Source: a virus
Taxonomy: Duplodnaviria; Caudoviricetes
DNA: 64,000 nucleotides
Direction: 5' to 3' (one strand)
IMG/VR virus record: IMGVR_UViG_3300027983_002388
Numbering within the stretch: the stretch's first letter is position 1; every line of letters begins with the position of its first letter. Positions 53,514-61,356 of the stretch are shown piece after piece. The translations under genes and the position numbers were made by a program. Under the pieces are notes generated by a model. It had not been told where the DNA came from. It ran no database searches and saw only the letters and a list, made by a program, of their open reading frames with translations.

Positions 53514-56483
53514 ATGGCTGTAATCACAAAATCGTTCCGTGACTTCTTCACTAAGAGTTTTACTGAAGAAAAGGCATACAGAGACTTTGGCACACGACAT
53601 TTCAAACTTTTATATGAAATGGCCCAGCGATTTCACAAACTAAACGCAATGCCAGCAAACATTGATGACGACGACCTAGAATTTCTGGGACAGTTCCCTC
53701 ACGACTATTGGATCAAAGCCAAACAAGCTCGCTATCAAATGTTTTTTGATGCTGTGAAGGGTCTTCACAAGAAAAGACATGAAGAACACGGACAGCCAAA
53801 ACTCAAACAAGCCATTATCACTGCCATCGAAACTGGCGAGTATGGACATCTTCAGGGAGTCATTCCTGATCGGAACATCAACCAATTGAAGAGGGTAGGA
53901 ACTACCCTAAGTGCCAAAGAACGTGCCGATGAAGCCGAAAAGCTCTCGCACGATCATGTGAAAGACAAAACGCCTCACATTGATGAACCACAAGGAGAAA
54001 TTCCATTCACACTCAAGGGATCAAGCGACAAGACAGCCACAAGAAAACCTGTGACGTTTATGGCAAAGCCATTTCTTAATCGACTCTATCACAAATTGGA
54101 AACAACTCCTGGCAATCCTTTTCACCCGGAGTCTGGGCTAAATGGGACGGGCAAGTATGGCCTTGATATGGCTGAACCTATGGATTCAAGAACCATTAAA
54201 TCGCACGACGAAGATGGTGACGAAACTGAAGTCACTTACCCGAATTCTACAGCAGGCATGAAGTTTCCTACGGACTCTCAAATCCGTGACAGAATGATTG
54301 ATTATTTTAATCTTAATGCCCACCGGATGTTCGGTAACTTGCCAGAAGACGCTGAATGGAAGCCCGTTCCTGGAATGCAGGACACTTGGTCTGTAGGGTA
54401 TGTCAGACAAGAGCTTCAAAAAAGAATTGAAGCTCAACTGCGAGTCAGCGGCAAAAAATACGAAAAAGAAAGTGAAATGAGAAAAGAAGCCGCCGACTTA
54501 GTAAAACAGCACATCGTGAAAATGGCTGAATCTGGTCAATTAAAAGGACCGCCGATTCCTGGTCAATTTCCAGATGGCATTCCAATTAAAATTGAGGGCG
54601 GCAAACTTGTGAATCCTCCATTGTATCTTCCGTATCAAATTAAAGATATTAAGATGCGAGATGAAAATGGTGGCGTCAAAGTAGTACAAAAAGCCGTTCC
54701 TGTGGTAAAGCCTGCTCACTTCTTCCGTGAACTCGGAAGTGATGAATCAGATTATGAACACGAATTAGGTGATGATGGTCAGCCAACCGACAAAAGAAAG
54801 TATGATCCAACTACCGGAGAGCCGGTTTATCGGGTTCCTCAAGAAAAATTGAGGGGACACGAAAGACAATTCGTTCATGTTGGAGATGAAGAGTTTCAAA
54901 AGAAAAAACATCGAGCCGCTGGCGCTATTGATTTCAATAGCGAAACAGAACAGGTTATGCACATAACAAAAGGCGATCCTGGTTGGCAAGAAGCCTGGGA
55001 AAAGGCTTTTGGAGATCAACAAAAAGTTGAGATTGATCGTCGTGGTAATGCTACACCTTCAAATAGCGAATCTGGATTCTACGAAGACATCATCGCTGGC
55101 ATAAATCAATGTTTTAAGAGTAGTCATTGTGGTGGAGCTACGCATCATGAACTTGAAATGTTGAAAAACAACATTGAAGACTTCCATCAAATAGTTGTAA
55201 TTAAAATGCTCAATAGCATGGGCGACCCAAATTTGTACACAAGCTCAGGACGCAAAGCCTTTGCTTACAACAAGGTTTCTTCAATTATGCAGAAAGACCT
55301 TGGAAGTGGTGGTGGAACTCGTCGAAAAAGAAACTTGACACAAACTAGCAGAAACACAAGTTTCAGTGCTGGTGGCGAAAAAAATATTGAAGACGATTTA
55401 ATGGGCCAACTCGCTGGTGGTACGGGTAAAATCCGTGGCAGCAAAAAGCGTGGGAAGGGAGATCGCCAATTCGACACATCGGGAATGAACACTCCTTACA
55501 ATTTGACAAACATGAGAGAAGCCTTGATGCAAATGCAAAAGGATGCTCAAGAGGCCGATTCCACAAGCGATGAAGCAAAGAAATTAAGTCAAAGACAAAG
55601 GGGAACAGAAATCATCAATATGCTTCGGGATGGCATAAAAAAACAAATTGATTTCAAAATGTATTTAACAGATACATTGATTGGATTGTACCAACAAGGA
55701 GGAATGGGTAAAGGCGAAGCAGAACAAGCAGCCCAAGCTCAAATGAAAAGTTGGCAGGACGAAGATGGACATAACTCATCTGAGACGTTGATGGCAGCAT
55801 TTCAAAACCACCCACTTGTTCAAAGTGCAATTGGCGCAGCCGGTGAGGATAAAAAACAAGACGGTCAAGTACAACCAACCGACAAAGAGGACAACGCCAA
55901 CGAACAAGAGGCCATGCGATTCTTGCAATCGACATTTGATAAAATGCAGAGTGCAGGTTTTGATGAAGACGACATCAAAGATAAACTATTGGCAAAACCT
56001 GGAGAAAAATACAGTATATTTGTCAAGCAATTGGTCGCACAACAATTTGGCGGCATAAACGATAAAACTACTAAGTTGTTGGATCGTGTACAAGGTGAAA
56101 TCAACAGACGCTTTAAGCTACCATCACCAGCGGCAGCACAAGCGGCCAGAGTTGTCACGACTCCACAAAGCAATGAACTAGCTAAGAAAAAACTAGGACA
56201 AACGCCAGAAGCAGAAGCGAAGCCAGTTCCAACTGTTGCTCCGACTACAAGAATTCCAACACAACAAGTTCCTATTCCTACTGAAAGTGTAAGTGAATTG
56301 TTCGCTAAGAAAAATTGGCTTGGGCTTGCTCACCATCCAGATTATTTGGGAACACACTCTCCAGTATTAGATGCACAAAAATTGAAGTTGCTAAATCACT
56401 TCAAAACAAACAAGGATAAGTACCAGCAGAATGAGATTGAATCTGCTATTGCGAACCTTGAAAGATCAATAAGGAGAGGTTAA
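53514..56483 (+). CDS. 989-aa putative internal/ejected virion protein (MAVITKSFRDFF)
   Basis: long ORF inside the neck module; no catalytic motif recognised. Confidence 0.65.
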   Translation: MAVITKSFRDFFTKSFTEEKAYRDFGTRHFKLLYEMAQRFHKLNAMPANIDDDDLEFLGQFPHDYWIKAKQARYQMFFDAVKGLHKKRHEEHGQPKLKQAIITAIETGEYGHLQGVIPDRNINQLKRVGTTLSAKERADEAEKLSHDHVKDKTPHIDEPQGEIPFTLKGSSDKTATRKPVTFMAKPFLNRLYHKLETTPGNPFHPESGLNGTGKYGLDMAEPMDSRTIKSHDEDGDETEVTYPNSTAGMKFPTDSQIRDRMIDYFNLNAHRMFGNLPEDAEWKPVPGMQDTWSVGYVRQELQKRIEAQLRVSGKKYEKESEMRKEAADLVKQHIVKMAESGQLKGPPIPGQFPDGIPIKIEGGKLVNPPLYLPYQIKDIKMRDENGGVKVVQKAVPVVKPAHFFRELGSDESDYEHELGDDGQPTDKRKYDPTTGEPVYRVPQEKLRGHERQFVHVGDEEFQKKKHRAAGAIDFNSETEQVMHITKGDPGWQEAWEKAFGDQQKVEIDRRGNATPSNSESGFYEDIIAGINQCFKSSHCGGATHHELEMLKNNIEDFHQIVVIKMLNSMGDPNLYTSSGRKAFAYNKVSSIMQKDLGSGGGTRRKRNLTQTSRNTSFSAGGEKNIEDDLMGQLAGGTGKIRGSKKRGKGDRQFDTSGMNTPYNLTNMREALMQMQKDAQEADSTSDEAKKLSQRQRGTEIINMLRDGIKKQIDFKMYLTDTLIGLYQQGGMGKGEAEQAAQAQMKSWQDEDGHNSSETLMAAFQNHPLVQSAIGAAGEDKKQDGQVQPTDKEDNANEQEAMRFLQSTFDKMQSAGFDEDDIKDKLLAKPGEKYSIFVKQLVAQQFGGINDKTTKLLDRVQGEINRRFKLPSPAAAQAARVVTTPQSNELAKKKLGQTPEAEAKPVPTVAPTTRIPTQQVPIPTESVSELFAKKNWLGLAHHPDYLGTHSPVLDAQKLKLLNHFKTNKDKYQQNEIESAIANLERSIRRG

Positions 56484-56752
56484 TGGCAAGTTGGATGGAC
56501 TACATGAGTAATCCCCGTGGGCATTACTTGAAAAAGACAATGTTTGAAGTGTTACAAGAAAGATATGCACAGAATGAGCAGATTATCGAAAGAATGGGAG
56601 TGACCCTCCTTACAGAAAGTGATCTCACTGCGTTCATGAAAATGGTCGCTGACATTTATGAAATGGCTTACCTGAAAGCCGTCAGTGACCACAAAGAACA
56701 ACTTCAAAAGGCGGGGTTGGTTGCAAGGGTTGTCTCGCCAGGAAGATCATAG
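56483..56752 (+). CDS. hypothetical protein
   Basis: TAATG coupling; 89 aa. Confidence 0.7.
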   Translation: MASWMDYMSNPRGHYLKKTMFEVLQERYAQNEQIIERMGVTLLTESDLTAFMKMVADIYEMAYLKAVSDHKEQLQKAGLVARVVSPGRS

Positions 56753-57370
56753 ATCAAAAGAAGGCTGGTGATCTGAAGGTGTTGCCGATAAGACCCAGCC
56801 TCCTCCTTTTTGTTGTTTTCCCTGAACTCTCCACCATCTTTTGTATCCTTGTTTTGGAAACAAAATAGAGCCAGCATTGATTGCGTCGGTGTCTGTCCAG
56901 ATTTCAATAAACAAATCTTGTTGGTTGAGAATCACTCCTTCAAAAGAAATGGGCTTTCCGTATTGAACGGTAGTATAAGAATCGCCATAAAGTGAATCTT
57001 TTCTGTTTCTCAATACGGCTGGCAAGCAATGAATGAAAGTTTTTTCGATTCCACTATCTGTGGATGCTCGAAGTTCTTCTCGCTGAAGATCAGGTTGAAC
57101 AACTGGTTTTCTTTCAACCACTTGTGGCTGAGATTCTGATTTGACTTCAGAAACCTTAATGTCGGCCTTGGCTTTATCTAAAGCAGACAAAAAAGTCTCT
57201 CGGACATCAAAATCGGATGCCAAAGGGGTAACTTGATTAGTATCTTTGGCTGTTTCGCCATCCCACTGCATATTGTGGACCTTGAAGCCTTCCCATATTT
57301 CTTGGGTCTTCATTACTGGATTTGGTCCAGCGAGACGATAGACGCTTCCATCTTTATTTTTCAATGTCAT
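56747..57370 (-). CDS. hypothetical virion-module protein sharing its N-terminus with the gp14-like gene
   Basis: MTLKNKDGSVYRL versus MTLKNLNGTPYQL. Confidence 0.65.
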   Translation of the reverse strand: MTLKNKDGSVYRLAGPNPVMKTQEIWEGFKVHNMQWDGETAKDTNQVTPLASDFDVRETFLSALDKAKADIKVSEVKSESQPQVVERKPVVQPDLQREELRASTDSGIEKTFIHCLPAVLRNRKDSLYGDSYTTVQYGKPISFEGVILNQQDLFIEIWTDTDAINAGSILFPKQGYKRWWRVQGKQQKGGGWVLSATPSDHQPSFDL

Positions 57371-57433
57371 TGAATATTCAGCCCCTTTATGTTTATATAG
57401 ATTGAAGACAAAAACAAAATAAAAGGATGAATT

Positions 57434-57859
57434 ATGTCGCTAGTGGTTCCAAATATTTCCAATGTTCTCATGCTTCAATACATTGTGAACATGATTGGGC
57501 AAGACGGTGCCGCCGCTCCTGCGGGTGGTCAACGTCTGCTTCGTCTTTTTACAAACAATCTAACACCCGGTAAGTCAACCGTAATTGCAGATGTTACTGA
57601 AGCAACGGCACCTGGTTATGTGCCATACACAATGGTAGGAAGCAGTTGGACAACAACATCAAATTTGGGAGTGAATTCCGCAGTTTACAGTGAACAAACT
57701 TTCGCATTTACGACAGGTGTGACCATTTACGGCTACTACGTTACTACAATTGAAGGTACACCTAGATTATTGTGGGTGGAAAGATTTTCCACGGCTCCGT
57801 ACACTTTGCCAGCAGGCGGTGGCGAGATCGCAATATCCCCACGTTTTACATTAAATTGA
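57434..57859 (+). CDS. putative virion structural protein
   Basis: LRLFTNN.TP....ADVTEAT..GY...EQTF.FT...IYGYYV pattern of phage tail-associated proteins. Confidence 0.65.
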   Translation: MSLVVPNISNVLMLQYIVNMIGQDGAAAPAGGQRLLRLFTNNLTPGKSTVIADVTEATAPGYVPYTMVGSSWTTTSNLGVNSAVYSEQTFAFTTGVTIYGYYVTTIEGTPRLLWVERFSTAPYTLPAGGGEIAISPRFTLN

Positions 57860-57883
57860 TTTATATTGACACTTTGACTACTG

Positions 57884-57914
57884 AATGGCGAGAGAGCAAT
57901 CTCTCGCCATTTTT
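57884..57914 (+). terminator. intrinsic terminator with GCAA tetraloop
   Basis: AATGGCGAGAGA-gcaa-TCTCTCGCCATT-TTT. Confidence 0.85.
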
Positions 57915-57933
57915 AATTGTGGATAATTATTTT

Positions 57934-58098
57934 TCATCCACATCTTCCCTGTTTGAATTTGCTAAAGATAACTTTAGCTTCGTTTCCGCATTGGCAACGA
58001 AAAACAACAGGAATTCTATCATTGCTATATGGGCAAAGTAATTCGCATCCATTTTCAATCATGAAAAGAGCAACTTCTTCATTGGTTCTTTTTTTCAT
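57934..58098 (-). pseudogene. truncated homing-endonuclease-type zinc-ribbon repeat
   Basis: CELLCPYSNDRIPVVFRCQCGN....FSKFKQGRCG* stops where CxxC would continue. Confidence 0.5.
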
Positions 58099-58121
58099 TG
58101 TTCCTCCACCATACATACAGC

Positions 58122-58664
58122 ATGACTCTTAAAAATTTGAACGGGACACCGTATCAACTTCGTGGAAGCGTGCAAATGTACGATCCAAATGATCGCACGC
58201 ATGATTTATTTAACCTGTGGGATCAAGAGGCGATCCAACGGGGCGGATCGCCTCTTTACTATTACGAAGTGGTTATTACCCCAAACATGATTGATCCGGT
58301 GTATTTGGAAGCTCGTGGAAAACTGTTTTCAAACAATCCTGTTCAATTATGGTGCAATTACGAGCCGATTCCGTCACAAAACCTAATCAATCAGTTTGGC
58401 ATTGATGCTCCAGATGAAATGAAATTCGAGCTTAACTACCGATCTGTATTACAGAGCATTGGACATCCACCTAAAATTGGATCAAGGTTGTTTACGCCAC
58501 ACCTTAGAGAGAATTGGGTTATTGTTCAAAGAAACCTGGGCGAATTCAAATTATGGGGCGCACTCCGTATTGAATTGATTTGCCAACGATTCCAGGAAGA
58601 CGTGGTTACAGGCGAAGGCAAAGTAACACAAAAACAACCAGATTTGAAAATCAAAATCGTTTAA
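58122..58664 (+). CDS. gp14: neck/head-completion protein (T4 gp14-like)
   Basis: DQEAIQRGGSPLYYY, IDPVYLE, QFGIDAPDE..F, P..G..L. Confidence 0.75.
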   Translation: MTLKNLNGTPYQLRGSVQMYDPNDRTHDLFNLWDQEAIQRGGSPLYYYEVVITPNMIDPVYLEARGKLFSNNPVQLWCNYEPIPSQNLINQFGIDAPDEMKFELNYRSVLQSIGHPPKIGSRLFTPHLRENWVIVQRNLGEFKLWGALRIELICQRFQEDVVTGEGKVTQKQPDLKIKIV

Positions 58665-58678
58665 TCGAGGATACCACA

Positions 58679-59140
58679 ATGAAATCGTTTTATCAGTTCT
58701 ATCAGAAAATGTTAAAAGAAGCTGCTCCGGGTCAACCTGCTCCGGGTCAACCTGCTCCGGGTCAACCTGCTCCGGGTCAACCTGCTCCGGGTCAACCTGC
58801 TCCGGGTCAACCTGCTCCGGGTCAACCGAATGCTCCTGCTGCTCCGATTCAAGGAGGACAGACAGCCCCTCCAGTACCACCAAATCCAATGTCGGACCCT
58901 AAAGTAGCTCAGGCATTTCAGACTATTTCTGGAATTAAAGATCAGAAAATTCAGCAGGCATTTCAACAATTCCAGAAAGCCGCTGGAATCCAGCCTGGAG
59001 GTTCCCCGCAACAAAGTCCAGCATCGCCGCAAGCTCCGGCTTCTCCAAGTCCAGGACAGCCGCAGGCTCAGCCGCAGGCTCAGCCGCAGGCTCAACCACC
59101 GGCTGGTCAGCCCGGTCAACCACAACAACCTCAAAGGTAG
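58679..59140 (+). CDS. Pro/Gln-rich protein with capsid-targeting-like N-terminus (MKSFYQFYQKMLKEA)
   Basis: GAGG SD; APGQP x7, QPQA repeats. Confidence 0.7.
   Translation: MKSFYQFYQKMLKEAAPGQPAPGQPAPGQPAPGQPAPGQPAPGQPAPGQPNAPAAPIQGGQTAPPVPPNPMSDPKVAQAFQTISGIKDQKIQQAFQQFQKAAGIQPGGSPQQSPASPQAPASPSPGQPQAQPQAQPQAQPPAGQPGQPQQPQR
58724..58828 (+). repeat. 15-bp tandem repeat x7 encoding APGQP
   Basis: GCTCCGGGTCAACCT units, identical except the last base of the final unit. Confidence 0.95.
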
Positions 59141-59247
59141 GTTGAGGCTTGAACAAAGCTGGCCGATGAATGGTGCTGAATAATATTTGTGGTAATTTAG
59201 GTTTAGGGAAAGAAGTTATAGGCGGGCCAATGATAAACACTGGCTGT

Positions 59248-60096
59248 CTATAACTTTTCCTTTTTATCTTGAATGCCTTCATCTTTCCTCTTCATGACCA
59301 ATTTGCCACGGAATTTCTTTTTGTTTTCAATCTTGAGTGCCACAGCTTCAATGAACTCTTGAACGCCTTTCGATCCTTTTTTGGTAAAAACGGCACTTAG
59401 CACTTTGTATTTGTCATCAAAATTGTGACCTAAGTGGTCATGCCAATCATTGTTGACAAATCTCTTGCAGTATTTACTAAGTTTGTCGTCCGTAGATACT
59501 CGTTGAGACATTTCAGCTACGGTCATTTCTTTGATGTCATAGCTAACTTTCTTTGGAATCACAAGAGCCTGACCATATGGCTCACCCTTCCTGAAGATTA
59601 GAGTTTGCCCAGGCATTGGATTCTTAAATACCACGAAGAAGATTTTTGGCCACCATTCAGTCTGAAGATGACCCGGCAAACAACAAGGAACTGTGTATGT
59701 GGTATCAGTGTAGTACCTTGGGTGACATTCTGTTCTAAGAACGTACCCAGACGGCACTTTAATATCAAGAGCCGATGTCATGCCAAAATGTCCTGGAGCG
59801 AAACACATGAAGGGAGGCAAAGAAACATCAGGACATTCTTTCTGTTCTTCGCTGAAATCACCATTGAACACAACTTGCCCGTCAACCATGTTGACTCGAC
59901 ACTCTGTTTCAAATGGGTAACAGAGTTCCAGCCCATAGGTAGCCCCATCGACAAATGGAGGACAATGCCAAGGCTGTGGTTTGTCACCATTTGAATGATC
60001 GTTGGGATCACCAGCCCAACCGGGAATTTGAAGTTTTATTGGTCGAGGAGGAACACCTTTGTACCATGTCCGATATTTGATTTCTAGCTTATCCAT
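59248..60096 (-). CDS. hypothetical protein (possible DUF6065/dUTPase-like beta fold)
   Basis: PWHCPPF.DG..YG.EL.YP; FRKGEPYGQ. Confidence 0.5.
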   Translation of the reverse strand: MDKLEIKYRTWYKGVPPRPIKLQIPGWAGDPNDHSNGDKPQPWHCPPFVDGATYGLELCYPFETECRVNMVDGQVVFNGDFSEEQKECPDVSLPPFMCFAPGHFGMTSALDIKVPSGYVLRTECHPRYYTDTTYTVPCCLPGHLQTEWWPKIFFVVFKNPMPGQTLIFRKGEPYGQALVIPKKVSYDIKEMTVAEMSQRVSTDDKLSKYCKRFVNNDWHDHLGHNFDDKYKVLSAVFTKKGSKGVQEFIEAVALKIENKKKFRGKLVMKRKDEGIQDKKEKL

Positions 60097-60135
60097 TTTG
60101 GTCCTTACTTGAATACCTAATTGTAGGAGAAAGAA

Positions 60136-61137
60136 ATGAGCAGCACAAATAATCCAAATCACCAGCAGAGGAATTTGAACAATTGCGCAGTTCCAGGAAT
60201 TCCCGCAGACGTAAATCTCGATCCTTCTCCTCCGTACTGTGGTAAAGACCCAGAACGGGATGCAGATAATCGAAGAGGAATCAATGACGACAGTTTGAAT
60301 TTCCTCAAAGACGAAACAATGAAGAAGACCGGCTTCGGGGCCAGAGTTGATTGCGACCCGATGCAGCGTGGCTTCATTATTAACGACTTGGAGAATCCAG
60401 AGCGAAATGTCCTCTACAGATATTCTAAATCAATTCGTGGCACAGATGAAGCCATGCTGGATATGTTTAACAACATTGTTGTGATTGATGAAGATGGCAA
60501 GGCATGGCCAATTCCCGTGATGCTCGGTCCACCAGAAAAAGCTGTAGCCGCAATCGTACAAGATAATGTTCACAAAGACGAGACGTTGGTTGTTGATCGA
60601 CTGAAGTTGCCATTGCTGGCTTTGACTCAAACACAAATTGATTACGACCTTGATAGATACACCTATCACAAAGCAATCAATCTGTTTCGCAACAGCAACA
60701 ATGACCGTCCAGGTTTGGCGATTAGTGAAAAGTACAACAAAGATACAGTATTTGGTTTAGCAAGAGGCGTTCCAATAAATATTGGATATTCGGTCACGGC
60801 ATGGACTATGTATCGTGAAGATATGAACCAGATAGTAGAACAAATTCTCACAAAATTTAGTCATGCGGCATACATACGAGTAACAGGTGTCCCTTGGGAG
60901 GTCATGATCAAGCTGGACTCTATTGCTAATAACCTGGAAGTTGAACCGGGCGATCAAGCAATTCGAGTAATTAAATACGAATTTAATATGACGGCTCAGA
61001 CCTATATACCTCAACCGATTGAACGCAAGAAGGCAGTCCTAAAAATGAAGATTGACTTTGTTGACGGTATGACCGAGGAAGAAATCACTGAGGTGATGGC
61101 GAGAATAGAAGAATCTGTCAAGGAATTAGAATGTTAG
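60136..61137 (+). CDS. gp15: tail terminator/sheath stabiliser (T4 gp15-like)
   Basis: position before the sheath gene; F.NIVV......PIPV.LG..EK, LP.LAL...IDYD..R. Confidence 0.7.
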   Translation: MSSTNNPNHQQRNLNNCAVPGIPADVNLDPSPPYCGKDPERDADNRRGINDDSLNFLKDETMKKTGFGARVDCDPMQRGFIINDLENPERNVLYRYSKSIRGTDEAMLDMFNNIVVIDEDGKAWPIPVMLGPPEKAVAAIVQDNVHKDETLVVDRLKLPLLALTQTQIDYDLDRYTYHKAINLFRNSNNDRPGLAISEKYNKDTVFGLARGVPINIGYSVTAWTMYREDMNQIVEQILTKFSHAAYIRVTGVPWEVMIKLDSIANNLEVEPGDQAIRVIKYEFNMTAQTYIPQPIERKKAVLKMKIDFVDGMTEEEITEVMARIEESVKELEC

Positions 61138-61352
61138 AGATAAAAAACAAACAGAAATTTCCAGTTCAATTAGTCATAAGGTCGAGGACGGCCCCACGCT
61201 CTTTCACGGTATTGAATGTACCAGGAATAGGTTGCGGAAAAAATATTTATCTTCTCGAAGATGAAAGAGCAACTGAATACATAGATAGAGCAGAAAAGGA
61301 TGGATTGATTTCCACAAGGTACATACCAAACAAGTTAAGAAAGGGAGAATAA
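61131..61352 (+). CDS. small hypothetical protein
   Basis: coupled between the gp15- and gp18-like genes. Confidence 0.65.
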   Translation: MLEIKNKQKFPVQLVIRSRTAPRSFTVLNVPGIGCGKNIYLLEDERATEYIDRAEKDGLISTRYIPNKLRKGE

Positions 61353-61356
61353 GACT

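Noticed and set aside
58935-59282. 115-aa - strand ORF after 59248..60096
   Set aside because: About two thirds is antisense to the Pro/Gln repeat gene; the first ~48 codons might be real but there is no supporting motif
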